A DNA stretch of 64,000 nt from Planctomycetota bacterium (GCA_031409275.1 JANNXA010000016.1:160001-224000), one strand, 5' to 3'. Counted from the first letter of the stretch, positions 1 to 10,266 are shown. Notes: a model not told the origin generated them from the letters alone. Program-made: numbers and translations.

Positions 1-183
1 GCCGGCGAAGTCGTAGCGATCGACGGTGGCCGGCCGCTCCGGATCGCGCCAATCGGGATCGACGGTGTAGACGCGGACGTCGTCGCCGGCAGCGCGGCCG
101 GCGCGAGCGAGCGCGAGGACGTACTGCTCGGTGCCGGAAATGTACTTCGGGAAGAATTGATGGACGACGTAGAGCACGCGCAT
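1..183 (-). CDS. GT4 family glycosyltransferase, N-terminal part (runs off window edge)
   Basis: Manual translation from ATG (cat at 181-183): MRVLYVVHQFFPKYISGTEQYVLALARAGRAAGDDVRVYT, a typical GT4 N-terminus. Confidence 0.8.
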   Translation of the reverse strand, partial: MRVLYVVHQFFPKYISGTEQYVLALARAGRAAGDDVRVYTVDPDWRDPERPATVDRYDFAG

Positions 184-458
184 CACGGGCACGATACGGT
201 GCGATGGGAAACGATCGCCCGATCGCCCCAGCGACCCTTGGCTGCCCCGCGACCGTCCCCGCCCGCTCTGCCGAAAGCGATGGTGGCCCGCTTCGCCCGC
301 CTTTACGCGGCCCGCGCAGCGAGCTATGCAAGCGCCCTCGCATCGGCTCGTGCCCGCGACGTCCGCCAGCACCGACAAGTGCGCCGCCCCCACCCCTCGA
401 ACAGGCAACGAAACCCGCTCCGCCGGTGCTGCGCCGACCGGTCGATCGACCGACGCCG

Positions 459-1670
459 ATGAAGATCGCCCTCCTCTCCTACGAGTACCCACCCGAGACC
501 GGCTTCGGCGGGATCGGCACGTACGCGTGGTACCAGGCGCGGGCGCTCGCGAAGCTCGGCCACGAGGTGCACGTCCTTTCGGGCGCCACCGAAGTCACGC
601 CGCTGCGCAGTTCCGCGCACGACGGTCTCACCGTCTTTCGCTATCGCGCCGGCGGCGGCTTCATGAAGGCGCTGAAGCGCCTCGACAAGCACAAGCTCTG
701 GTGGACGAAGAATCGCATCGAGAACGGCTGGTGCATGCACCTCGGATTGAAGGAGCTGCGCCGCCGCTTCAGCTACGACGTGGTCGAGATGCCGGAGTGC
801 GGCGGCGAGGGGCTGCTGCTCAACTGGCTGCAGCGCGCGAAGACCGTGATCAAGTTCCACTCGCCGGCGCAGCTGATCATGCCGACCTACGACGTGCGAA
901 AGGCCGACCACCTCGCGTGCTCGTTCGTCGAGAAGCTGGCGATTCGCGGGGCGGACGCGTTCACCTCCTGCAGCCAGTTCCTCGCCGATGAGGTGCGCAC
1001 GAAGATGGGCGTGCGGCGACCCATCAAGGTGGTCGCCAACGGCATCGACCTCGATCTCTTCGACGCCGAACAGCAGATCGACGCGCGCGCCAAGTTCGGG
1101 CTGCCCGCCGGCAAACCGGTCATCTTCTTCGCCGGCCGCATGGAGAAGCGCAAAGGGATCCATCTCTGCCCCGAGATCTGCGAGACGATCCTGAAGAAGC
1201 ACGACGTCGCCTTCGCCTTCGCCGGCAGCGACCTGTTCGGCTTCATGGAGAAGGAACTGCTGCCGCGGATCAAGGGCCAGACCTTGAAGGGCTCGGTCCA
1301 CTACCTCGGCAAGCTCACCTTGCAGGAGGTCGGCTCCTGCCTGCGCCAGAGCGACATCTACTTCATCCCCAGCCTCTGGGAGAACTGCCCGTACTCGTGC
1401 CTCGAGGCGATGGCGGCCGGCCGCGCCATCGTCGCCAGCGACGCGGGAGGATTGCCCGAGCTGATCCGCGACGGCGAGAACGGATTGATCGCGAAGAGCG
1501 GGGAGGCTGCCGGTTTCGCCAGCGCGATCGAGCGCCTCATCGAGGACGCGCCGCTGCGCGCACGTCTCGGAGCCGCGGCGCGCCGCACCGTCGAGGAGCG
1601 CTATACCGACGTCGGAATCGCGCAGCAGTCGCTCGACTGCTGGAAGCAGGCGCTGCAGCTGGGAGCTTGA
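459..1670 (+). CDS. GT4 family glycosyltransferase
   Basis: MKIALLSYEYPPETGFGGIGTY start; FAGRMEKRKG; PSLWENCPYSCLEAMAAG (EX7E motif). Start moved to ATG 459 within ORF 204..1670. Confidence 0.9.
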   Translation: MKIALLSYEYPPETGFGGIGTYAWYQARALAKLGHEVHVLSGATEVTPLRSSAHDGLTVFRYRAGGGFMKALKRLDKHKLWWTKNRIENGWCMHLGLKELRRRFSYDVVEMPECGGEGLLLNWLQRAKTVIKFHSPAQLIMPTYDVRKADHLACSFVEKLAIRGADAFTSCSQFLADEVRTKMGVRRPIKVVANGIDLDLFDAEQQIDARAKFGLPAGKPVIFFAGRMEKRKGIHLCPEICETILKKHDVAFAFAGSDLFGFMEKELLPRIKGQTLKGSVHYLGKLTLQEVGSCLRQSDIYFIPSLWENCPYSCLEAMAAGRAIVASDAGGLPELIRDGENGLIAKSGEAAGFASAIERLIEDAPLRARLGAAARRTVEERYTDVGIAQQSLDCWKQALQLGA

Positions 1671-1671
1671 G

Positions 1672-4600
1672 ATGGGCGTCCTGCACATCGAAGGCGAACC
1701 CGAGCGCGACCTGTCCCGTGAAGCCTACGACCTGACGCGCCGCCTCCTGCTCGAGCCGAAGGCGGTCTGCCACGCGCCCTTCGGTGCGCTCCACCTCGGC
1801 GACCAGCTGCGGCAGTGTCGCCACGGCGCCGCGGACCTCGGCGATCCGCGCAGGACCACGCTGGCCCAGGCGTTCTCTGGCGTGCCGGCGGACCAGCTGC
1901 GCGAACGATTCCAGCGCTACCTCGTGCGCCGCGACGAGTGCGCGCGCTGCGTCGGCGACTGGGAGGATGGTGCCGCGGCCGAGAGCCCGGCGCTGCGCGA
2001 ATACGACGATGCGCTGCCGCCGGTGAACGGGCTGCCCCCGCAGCTGCGCGCGTTGTCGATCGACGCGAGCGGCGAGCTGCCCGCGGCTCGGCTCGCCGAA
2101 GTGCGCGAGCTCATGCCGCAGCTCGACCATCTGACCCTGATCTGCACGACGCTCGAACGCGGCACGCGCGCCGCTTCGCTCGCCAGCGAGCTCGACTCCT
2201 TGCGCAGCCGCGGTCGACCCAGGCTGCGAATCATCGCGCGCGGCTTCGTGCCGGAAGCCGCCGCCATCCCGCCGGGCGCGAGCGAGGTCGAGGTCGACCT
2301 GCCACTCACGGCCCCTCCACTCGACGCGCCGCAGCAGGAACGGCTCGCCGACCTCGCCGACGATCTGCGCGAACGCAAGGCGTCTCTGTCCGTGCAGTGC
2401 GAGATCGGGTGCTCCACGTGGAGCGCGCTGCGCGGCTGGCTCAGCCGCTGCGGAGCGTGCGGCGCGGCGGCGGCGCCGCTGCTGGTTCCGCGCGGCACGG
2501 ACGACTCGCTCGCGGCGCTCGACCCCGACCTGCTCGCGGTCCTGCACGGGATCTTCTTCCGTTGGGGCGTCGAGAGCGGCATCGCCGCCGAGGCGCAGCA
2601 CGGTGAGCCTTCGCAACGCGCCTTGCTGAATCGGCTGCGCGAGTGGCAGCGCGCCAGCGCCAGCGCCGCGACCAGCGGCAACGCGTCGCTCGATCTCCCG
2701 GCGCCCGACTTCAGCGAAGAGGGAGAGGCGCGGCGGCTCCTGCAAGACCTCCTTCGCGCCTACCACCATCCGCAGATCGAGCGCTGGCTGCGGGCGCTGG
2801 TGCAGGCCGATGGTTTCGTGGGCGCCGCGCGCGAACGGTTGAGCTTGCGCCTGGTCACGCTCTGGCTCGCCAACGTTTTCGAGCGCCACGAGATGGCCTC
2901 GCTGCTGCGCGACATCTACCGCGATGCCGAGGCGGCGCTGACGCAGATCGCCGCCGATCGCGCCACGCTGGCGCAATCGCCGCTGGCGAGCTGGCACGAC
3001 AACTGGATCGCCGCACTCGCGCTCGAACGCCCGCCGCGCAGCGCCACACCGTTCCAGATCGCGCCGGCTGCCGCGCCGACCTCCCGGCACGCGCAAGTGA
3101 CCGTGATCATCCCCTCGTACAACCACGAGCACTTCATCGGCCAGGCGATCGACAGCGCGTTGGCGCAGAGCGGACCGGGCGTGCGCGTGCTGGTCGTCGA
3201 CGACGACTCGACGGACGCCACCGTCGCGGTGGCGCGCCAGCGACGCGACCCGCGACTGCTGGTGCGACGCAACTCGCGCAACCTCGGCCTCGGCGAGAGC
3301 CTGCTGCGCGCGCTGCGAATCGTGCGCACGCCGTTCGTGGCCATCCTCAACTCCGACGACTTCTTCCATCCCGAGCGCATCGAGAAGCTGCTGGGCGCGT
3401 TGAAGCAGTCGCCGCGCGCCACCGTCGCCGCCTCGCTGGTGGTGCCCGTCGACACGCAGGGGCGCACGCTGACGCTCGCCGACGCCTCGCCGATCTTCGA
3501 CGGCAAGCGCATCCACGATTGGCTCTCCTGGTGGAGCCACGCCGGCACGCCACCGACCGACGGCGACCTGCTCGGTCCGCTGTTCGAGCGCAACTGGCTG
3601 ATCACTTCGAGCAACCTGGTCTGTCGGCGCGACTTCCTTCTGCGCAACGCGCGACTCTGGCGCGACCTCGAGTACTGCGTCGATTGGCAGCTCTTCCTCG
3701 CCGCCGCCGCCGAGGGCGGCCTGCGGGTGGTCGCGGAGCCGCTGCTGGGCTACCGGCTGCACGCCAGCAACACCGTCTGGTTCGACACCGAACGCAGCTG
3801 GCGCTTCTACGTCGAGTCGCATCGCGTCGTCGCGCGCGCGCTCGAACAACGGCTGCGGACCGATCGATCGCCGCCGAAGGACCGTTTCGAAGCCCACCTC
3901 GAACTGGTCGCGCGCCATGTCGCCGCGAACCCCGACGCCGACTGGGCCGGGATCTGGCTCGGCCAGATGCTCGAACGGCTGAAGATCCCGTCGCGCGCAT
4001 TGCGACTCGGCAAGAGCCGCCCGCTGATCGAGGTCCTCGAACGGCTGCGGGAGCTCCGCCTGAACGCACGCGACGTCGCGGCGGCCGTCGGTGACCGGCT
4101 CGCATGGTTCCATCGCATGCGCGGCGAGGAGCCCTACCTGCGCTCGGAGCGCAGCAGGGCCGAGGCGCTCGCCTCCGAGTTGTCGCGTCTGCACGGCGAA
4201 CTGCACGGCACGCTGCTCGACCGCCGCAACGTCGAGAAGCTGTGGCACCAGGCCGAGCGCGAGCGCGACGCGGAGATCACCGGGAAGAGCGAGCTCTATC
4301 AGCGGTTCGACGCGCTGAACGGCGAAGTCGAACACGCAACGCGCGAGCGCGACGCGGTGAAGCAGGCGGCGGCGGCGGCGCGCGACGAAGCCGCGACGGC
4401 TGCCGCGACGGCCGCCGCTGCAGCCGCCGCTGCCGCCGCTGCAGCCGCCGCAGCGCTCGCTCGCGCGCGCGAGGAACAGGCACACGCGATCGCGCGGGAA
4501 CGTGCCGTTGCCGAGGATCGCTTCCTGGCCGAGCAGGCGAATGCCGCAGCCAGGAGCGTCGCACTCGAACAGCAGGCGCAGCGGGAACGTGGCGAACTCG

Positions 4601-6249
4601 AACAGCTAGCACAACGGGAGCGTCGCGAACTCGAACAGCGCGCGCGAAAGGAACGTCTCGAACTCGAGCAGCGCGCGCGACAGGAACTCGACGAACTCGA
4701 GCAGCGCGCGCGACAGGAGCGCGAGGAGTTCGAACGCAACGAGCAGGCGCTCGCCGCGAACCTCGCCCGACTCGAGGGCGAGCTCGCCCAGCAGAAGTCG
4801 CTCTCCCACCAGCGCACTGCCGAGCGCGACGCCCTGCTGCGCACTCCCGAGTACCGCTTCGGCCACCTCGCGCTCAACAAGCTGCCGCTGAAGCAGCCGC
4901 TGCGCTTCCTCGAGAAGAAGGCCTCCAAGGCGAGGGCGGTCTGGAACGGCAAGCGCCTCGCGCTCGAGCGCCGGAGCGGCAAGCCGCGCGTCTTCGCGAC
5001 CATCTGCTGGAACTTCCCGATCTACTCGCAGACCTTCGTCTACCAGGAGCTGCTGCAGCTCGAGAGGCGCGGGTTCGACGTGCGCGTCGTCTACAGCAAA
5101 CTCGATCCGAAGGACCGCCTGCATCAGCAGTTCGAGAAGCTCTGGGACCTGAAGCGGCCGATGCACCTCGACCGCGTGGTCCACGAGTCCGATTTCCGTC
5201 TCTTCAAGGCGCGCTTCCCGGACCGGGTCGAGCGCCTCACGCAGCGGCTGTGCGCCGCTTCGGGCCTCGCGCGCGAGCAGCTCGAGCAGCACGACAACTT
5301 CCTGCAGGGATTCACCTACGCGCGCCTCGCTGAGGCATGGGGCGCCGAGTACCTCCACTCCTACTTCTTCTACGATCGCTCGCTGATGTCGCTGATCGCG
5401 GGCGAGGTGCTCCAGCTGCCGCACGGCGTGTCGTGCTACGCCGATCACGTGATGAAGGACTACGAGCTGAAGGTGGTGCCGCTGCACCTCGAGACGTGCG
5501 ACGTCGTCGTCGCCACTTCGCATCGCATCAAGCGCGAACTGCTGGCGCTGGCGCCCGATACGCCCGAGTCGCGGATCCTGGTCAAGCCCAACGCGATCGA
5601 CTGCACCCGCTTCCCGGTGCTGCCACGACCCGAGCCGCACCCTGGCCAGCCGTTCCGCCTCGTGGTCACCAGCCGCATCGAACCGAAGAAGGGGCTGATC
5701 TACCTGGTCGAGGCGGTGCACCTGCTGCGCGGCGCGGGCATCGACGTCGAGGCGCACTTCGTCGGCGACGCGGATCACGGCGTGCCCGCGTCGGAGAACT
5801 GCAAGGCCGAGTTGTGCGCCCGGATCGAAGCGCTCGGCCTTTGGGGCAAGGTCCATCTCGAAGGACGCCAGCCCGAGCAGAAGGTGCGCCACTTCCTCTC
5901 GATCGCCCACCTCTTCGTGGCGCCGTTCATCGAGACCGAGAGCGGCGACAAGGACGGCATTCCGACCGCATTGATCGAGGCGCTCGCGACCGGCCTGCCG
6001 GCGGTGGTCACCGATTCCGGCTCGATCCTCGAGGTGGTCGACGACCGCGTCGATGCGCGCGTCGTGCCGCAACGCGACCCGCGCGCGCTCGCCATCGCGA
6101 TCCGCGAACTGCTGCAGGACCCGTCCGGCCGTCGCTTCATGGCGATCAAGGCGGCGCAGAAGGCGCGCGAGAAGTTCGACGTCTCCGTGTGCGAACCGTG
6201 GTTCCACGAGCGCGTGCGCGCGGCGCTGGCCGCGCGACGCAAGGCATGA
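1672..6249 (+). CDS. Multidomain glycosyltransferase: SPASM-like/degenerate radical SAM region + GT2 + coiled coil + GT4
   Basis: N-terminal CHAPF..C..LG..TL...CARC; GT2 VIIPSYNH..VVDDDSTD..LNSDD from ~3097; poly-Ala and 11-aa repeat coiled coil; GT4 SRIEPKKG..DGIPTALIEA from ~4987. Confidence 0.85.
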   Translation: MGVLHIEGEPERDLSREAYDLTRRLLLEPKAVCHAPFGALHLGDQLRQCRHGAADLGDPRRTTLAQAFSGVPADQLRERFQRYLVRRDECARCVGDWEDGAAAESPALREYDDALPPVNGLPPQLRALSIDASGELPAARLAEVRELMPQLDHLTLICTTLERGTRAASLASELDSLRSRGRPRLRIIARGFVPEAAAIPPGASEVEVDLPLTAPPLDAPQQERLADLADDLRERKASLSVQCEIGCSTWSALRGWLSRCGACGAAAAPLLVPRGTDDSLAALDPDLLAVLHGIFFRWGVESGIAAEAQHGEPSQRALLNRLREWQRASASAATSGNASLDLPAPDFSEEGEARRLLQDLLRAYHHPQIERWLRALVQADGFVGAARERLSLRLVTLWLANVFERHEMASLLRDIYRDAEAALTQIAADRATLAQSPLASWHDNWIAALALERPPRSATPFQIAPAAAPTSRHAQVTVIIPSYNHEHFIGQAIDSALAQSGPGVRVLVVDDDSTDATVAVARQRRDPRLLVRRNSRNLGLGESLLRALRIVRTPFVAILNSDDFFHPERIEKLLGALKQSPRATVAASLVVPVDTQGRTLTLADASPIFDGKRIHDWLSWWSHAGTPPTDGDLLGPLFERNWLITSSNLVCRRDFLLRNARLWRDLEYCVDWQLFLAAAAEGGLRVVAEPLLGYRLHASNTVWFDTERSWRFYVESHRVVARALEQRLRTDRSPPKDRFEAHLELVARHVAANPDADWAGIWLGQMLERLKIPSRALRLGKSRPLIEVLERLRELRLNARDVAAAVGDRLAWFHRMRGEEPYLRSERSRAEALASELSRLHGELHGTLLDRRNVEKLWHQAERERDAEITGKSELYQRFDALNGEVEHATRERDAVKQAAAAARDEAATAAATAAAAAAAAAAAAAAALARAREEQAHAIARERAVAEDRFLAEQANAAARSVALEQQAQRERGELEQLAQRERRELEQRARKERLELEQRARQELDELEQRARQEREEFERNEQALAANLARLEGELAQQKSLSHQRTAERDALLRTPEYRFGHLALNKLPLKQPLRFLEKKASKARAVWNGKRLALERRSGKPRVFATICWNFPIYSQTFVYQELLQLERRGFDVRVVYSKLDPKDRLHQQFEKLWDLKRPMHLDRVVHESDFRLFKARFPDRVERLTQRLCAASGLAREQLEQHDNFLQGFTYARLAEAWGAEYLHSYFFYDRSLMSLIAGEVLQLPHGVSCYADHVMKDYELKVVPLHLETCDVVVATSHRIKRELLALAPDTPESRILVKPNAIDCTRFPVLPRPEPHPGQPFRLVVTSRIEPKKGLIYLVEAVHLLRGAGIDVEAHFVGDADHGVPASENCKAELCARIEALGLWGKVHLEGRQPEQKVRHFLSIAHLFVAPFIETESGDKDGIPTALIEALATGLPAVVTDSGSILEVVDDRVDARVVPQRDPRALAIAIRELLQDPSGRRFMAIKAAQKAREKFDVSVCEPWFHERVRAALAARRKA
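4561..4740 (+). repeat. 33-bp coding tandem repeat (~5.5 units) encoding hendecad ELEQRARQE-type coiled coil
   Basis: ACTCGA(A/G)CAG recurs at 4563, 4596, 4629, 4662 and 4695; preceded by a GCC/GCG-rich poly-Ala tract at ~4390-4460. Confidence 0.85.
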
Positions 6250-6262
6250 GCGCGGGCGTGGC

Positions 6263-7153
6263 ATGGCGCGCCTGACCTTCTGCGTCCCGACCTGGAACGG
6301 CGCGCCGTTCATCGAGCGGACGCTCGCTGCCCTGCTGGCAGTCGACGGCGCCGCGCTCGAGGTGATCGTCGGCGACGATGCGTCCGACGACGGCAGCGCC
6401 GATCTGGCGCAGCGCTTCGCGCGCGAGCGCCGGGACGCTCGCGTCCGCGTCCACCCCTTCCGCGAGCGGCTCGGTCTGGCCGGCAACTGGAACCGGACGT
6501 TGCGCCTCGCGCGCGGCGATTACGTCTGCCTGTTCGGGCAGGACGACCTCTGCCACCCGGACTTCGCGCAGCGTCTGGTCGGCCGCCTCGAACGCCACCG
6601 CGACTGCGCGCTCGCCTTCGGCCGCCGCGACTTCGTGATCGCCGACGAGCCAAGCCGCGCCGCGATGGGCGACTTCTTCGAGCGGCGCTACCCCGAGATG
6701 ATGCGGCCCTTCGAGGCGCACGTGCAGGCGCTCGGCGAGGTGATTCCGGCGCGCGTGATGCTGGACGAAGCGTTGCGCTTCCGCTTCGAGATCAACCTGA
6801 TCGGCGAGCCGAGCTTCGCGGTGTTCCGGCGCGACCATCCGGCGGTCGCCGTCGGCTTCGACGAGCAGATGCAGCAGATGATCGACTGGGAGTTCTTCAC
6901 GCGCTTCTTCGCCGAGGCACCGGTCGCTCGCTGCCATGACACGATCGGCAGCTACCACGTCCACGCGCGCGGTTCGTCGCTCGCGAACGCGAAGCTGTCG
7001 CGCCACTACCGCGAGTTCGACCACCTGCTGGGCGTCGTGCTGGAGCGGTTCGCTGCGACGCTGACCGCGATCGATCGCGGCGCGCTCGAGGAACGGCGCA
7101 ACGAGGCGCGCCGCCTCGCGCTCGAGCATGCCGCGCAGGAGGCTCGCTCATGA
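6263..7153 (+). CDS. GT2 family glycosyltransferase
   Basis: MARLTFCVPTWNG..VGDDASDD..GNWN..FGQDD..IGEPS..DWEF. Confidence 0.9.
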   Translation: MARLTFCVPTWNGAPFIERTLAALLAVDGAALEVIVGDDASDDGSADLAQRFARERRDARVRVHPFRERLGLAGNWNRTLRLARGDYVCLFGQDDLCHPDFAQRLVGRLERHRDCALAFGRRDFVIADEPSRAAMGDFFERRYPEMMRPFEAHVQALGEVIPARVMLDEALRFRFEINLIGEPSFAVFRRDHPAVAVGFDEQMQQMIDWEFFTRFFAEAPVARCHDTIGSYHVHARGSSLANAKLSRHYREFDHLLGVVLERFAATLTAIDRGALEERRNEARRLALEHAAQEARS

Positions 7154-9027
7154 GCGGCGCGCGCGGGCCGGCCGTGGCGTGCGCGCTCCTCGTCGCGCTG
7201 CTGGTCGGCGCAGCCACCGCCTTGCGCATCTCGATCACCCACGCGCAGCCCGGCTGGGATCGCACCTCGCCGGTCGGCCTGCTGAAGAGCGATCCGGCGC
7301 TCCTCTATTGGTTCACCGAACGCCACGCTGCAGATGCCAGCGCATCGAACGACGACCTCGCCGCGACCACCTCGGTGCAGTGGCCCGACCCCATCGATGC
7401 GCGCGTCGAGTTCCCGCAACTGCAGATGCAACTCGCGGCGATGACGTGGCGGTGGTTTGGCGCCGGGATGCCGCTGCACGAGTGGTGCGTGCTGCTCTTC
7501 TCGCTGCTCGCCGCGACCGCGCTTTGGGGCGTCTTCGGCCTCGCGCACGAGCTGACCGGGCGTCGCGACCTGGCACTGGCCGCGACCGCCGCCGCCTTCC
7601 TGCTGCCGGCGACGTGGCGCACCGCGAGCTTCGTGCTGCTGGGAGAGGACGTCGCGCTGCCGGCCCTGGCGTTCCACTTCTGGCTCGCAGCGCGCGCCGC
7701 CCGATTGCGTACGCCGGCCGCCTTCCTGCTGGCGGGGCTGCCGTTGGCCATCGCCATGGCGGCCTGGCACGCCACCGGGTTCTTCGTCGCCATCGAAGCC
7801 GGCGCCTTCTTCCTTTGGTACCTGCGCAGCGGAGCCAACCCCTTCTCGGTGGCGCGCGCGTGGCTCGTGCTGCTGCCCTTCGCGCTTGCCTGCGCAGTCG
7901 AGCCGATGCTTCGTGGCAAGCTGCAACTCCTCTCGCTGCCGATGCAGATCGCGCTGGCGCTGCTGCTGATGGCGGCGATCGAGTCGCGGCGAAAGCTGGC
8001 CTTTGCAACACGGATCGGCGCCGCGCTCGCGCTGGTGGCGGCGGGCGCCGGTCTCGCCTGGCTCGCGGCGCGCCTGATGGGCGGCGGCATCGGCGACTAC
8101 TCGCACGTGTTCCGGCTGCTGCTCTGCAAGCTGCGCTACCTCGGCGAGTTCCCCGCCGATCCCAACGAACTGCCCTTCGAGGTCCGCATCCTCTGGCAGG
8201 GTCCCTTCGACACCACACAACTCGGCGCGCTGCTGAAGAACCTCTCGGCTCCGCTCTTCGTCGGCCTGCTCGGCGTCGCGTTCGCGCTGCCGGCATGGCG
8301 ACGTGGCACCACGGTCGAGGCGGTCGAGCGCGCGCGGGCCGTGCTGGCGCCCGCCGTGCTGGTGGCGCTGCTGGCGTCGTGGCTCATCCAGCGCACGCTC
8401 GTGCTTTCGGCACTGCTCTTCCCGGTCGCCGCCGTAATCGCGATCGAGACGCTCGCCTCGTGCGCTGCGGTCGCGAATTGCCGCTTCGTGCGGGGGGGTC
8501 TCGTGGCGCTGCTGCTGCTGGTGCCGGCGGCGCAATTCCCCGAGTTCGTCCGTTTCGTCGAGCAGAAGAACCGCTGGTACGAGCCGCGCCACAGCGCCGA
8601 GATCCGCGCGGCGGTGGAAGTGATCTCGAAGCTCGTGCCGCCGGGCGAGGCGGTGGCCAGCGACGAGATCAACTCGACCGCGATGCTGGCCCACACCGGC
8701 CACCCGATCCTGGTGCAGCCGAAGTACGAGTCGACGGCGGCGCGCGAACGGCTCGAGGAGTACCGCACCGCAGCGACGCGCGGCACGCCGGCCGAGCTCG
8801 CCGACTTCCTGCGCCGCCACCGATGCCGCTATCTGCTATTCGACTGGTTCCAGCTGTTCGCGACGCGCTACCAGGCGGGGCTGCGTTACGACAGCAACGA
8901 GATGGACGGCGACAGCGCGCTCGCGATCACCTACCAGACGCCAGCGGCGCTTCCCGGGTTCAAGCTGCTCTGGCGCAGCGGCGGGCCGCGCGACGGAATG
9001 CGTCTCTACGTGCTCGAATCACCCTGA
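7150..9027 (+). CDS. GT-C fold multi-TM glycosyltransferase, DPY19/STT3-superfamily-like
   Basis: About 11-13 hydrophobic segments; KSDPALLYW after TM1, [25 protein letters not shown]-terminal soluble [14 protein letters not shown] overlap with the upstream GT2. Confidence 0.75.
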   Translation: MSGARGPAVACALLVALLVGAATALRISITHAQPGWDRTSPVGLLKSDPALLYWFTERHAADASASNDDLAATTSVQWPDPIDARVEFPQLQMQLAAMTWRWFGAGMPLHEWCVLLFSLLAATALWGVFGLAHELTGRRDLALAATAAAFLLPATWRTASFVLLGEDVALPALAFHFWLAARAARLRTPAAFLLAGLPLAIAMAAWHATGFFVAIEAGAFFLWYLRSGANPFSVARAWLVLLPFALACAVEPMLRGKLQLLSLPMQIALALLLMAAIESRRKLAFATRIGAALALVAAGAGLAWLAARLMGGGIGDYSHVFRLLLCKLRYLGEFPADPNELPFEVRILWQGPFDTTQLGALLKNLSAPLFVGLLGVAFALPAWRRGTTVEAVERARAVLAPAVLVALLASWLIQRTLVLSALLFPVAAVIAIETLASCAAVANCRFVRGGLVALLLLVPAAQFPEFVRFVEQKNRWYEPRHSAEIRAAVEVISKLVPPGEAVASDEINSTAMLAHTGHPILVQPKYESTAARERLEEYRTAATRGTPAELADFLRRHRCRYLLFDWFQLFATRYQAGLRYDSNEMDGDSALAITYQTPAALPGFKLLWRSGGPRDGMRLYVLESP

Positions 9028-9512
9028 CGGAAGCGGTCGAGCACTTTCTGGTTCTGCGCGAGGAACGCCTCGGCCCAGTGGTAGCGATCGAGCAACCCGG
9101 CGGTGTCGCGGCGCAGCATGGTGAATGCGGCGTAGATCGCCTCGATCGTGGCGAGCCCGTCATCGGGATCGGTGAGCTTCTTCGACATGCGCGGATAGGC
9201 GCTGACCAGCGGCGGCAGCGAGCGCACCGGCAGCTCGGCGTAGAGGCGTTCCATTCGCGGCGCCAGGCGCCACGTCGAGTCGATCACCAGCAGCCCCGCC
9301 TCCGCGTCCGCGACCGAGAGCTGCGGCCCGCCGATTCCCAACCGGACGTAGGCGTCGAGCGGCTCGCTGCCGCGCTGCGGATAGGGCCAGAAGCAGAACT
9401 CCCGATTCGCGCGGAGCGGTTCGACCGAGCACTTGCGGCGATTCTCGCGCGGATGGACCACGATGATGGTGGGAGGGTGGTTCACGCGGCGCGGCGCGTT
9501 CTCGACGTTCAT
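9006..9512 (-). CDS. TDD-superfamily (Tsr3/DTW-like) putative RNA aminocarboxypropyltransferase
   Basis: [18 protein letters not shown] (DxTW), [20 protein letters not shown]. Confidence 0.75.
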   Translation of the reverse strand: MNVENAPRRVNHPPTIIVVHPRENRRKCSVEPLRANREFCFWPYPQRGSEPLDAYVRLGIGGPQLSVADAEAGLLVIDSTWRLAPRMERLYAELPVRSLPPLVSAYPRMSKKLTDPDDGLATIEAIYAAFTMLRRDTAGLLDRYHWAEAFLAQNQKVLDRFRQGDSST

Positions 9513-10147
9513 CGCGAACGCTCGACTGCGACCGCGCCGTTCCACTCGCCGTCGCTCCAGAGTCCCTCGTTGCCGGCGCGAGCGGCTGACTCGGCCGCAC
9601 GAAACGCGTCCGGGAAACGACCGGGACCGTACTTGTCGAAAAAGCGCGAGTAGCCCGCTCGCACCATCGCGAGATTCACGCAGCGACCGTCCAGCAGCAC
9701 GTAGGCCAGCAGGCGACCGTACTCGTCGCGCTTCGCGACATCGGGCTGCTCGAAGATCAATTGCACCTCGCGGCCGGTCACCAGTGCGACGAGCGCCGCT
9801 GTCGCGCGCTCGTAGCCGGGAGCATCGCGTTCAGGCGTGTTGATGTTCAGCAGCCGGACCTTCTCCCGCGGAGTGATCGAGCCGACCAGCTCGACGTGCA
9901 GTGTGTCGCCGTCGACGACTTTCACGACCGGGCCGGAAAGCGGCCGTTCGCCCGATTCGAGCGTGAGCTGGTCGTTCGCCGACCGGCCGACCGCGGCCGC
10001 GACCGGGGCGCGAGCGGGTTCCGTTCCACCCTCGGGGGCGGTCGAGCATCGCTGCGACTGCTGCCAAAGCAGCAGCAACACGACCACGATCAACGCCGGC
10101 ACCCCCCCGCGCCGCCGCCGGCGCGGCCCGCCCCACCGCATCGCCAT
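9509..10147 (-). CDS. Thermonuclease (SNase) family protein with N-terminal anchor
   Basis: [38 protein letters not shown]. Confidence 0.9.
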   Translation of the reverse strand: MAMRWGGPRRRRRGGVPALIVVVLLLLWQQSQRCSTAPEGGTEPARAPVAAAVGRSANDQLTLESGERPLSGPVVKVVDGDTLHVELVGSITPREKVRLLNINTPERDAPGYERATAALVALVTGREVQLIFEQPDVAKRDEYGRLLAYVLLDGRCVNLAMVRAGYSRFFDKYGPGRFPDAFRAAESAARAGNEGLWSDGEWNGAVAVERSR

Positions 10148-10266
10148 TCCCCGCTCCGCACACCACCAAACCCGCCGCCACGGCGCGCCACCGTATCATT
10201 CGCGCCTCGTTCCGCCGCTCCCGCGCGATGCCCGCGCCGCGGCCACTCAGTCGTGAGGAGGAAGTG

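Noticed and set aside
204..458. N-terminal extensions in the ORF track (also 12707-13147, 41606-42415, 42338-44020)
   Set aside because: Family-typical N-termini begin at downstream starts; the extensions are low-complexity open frame
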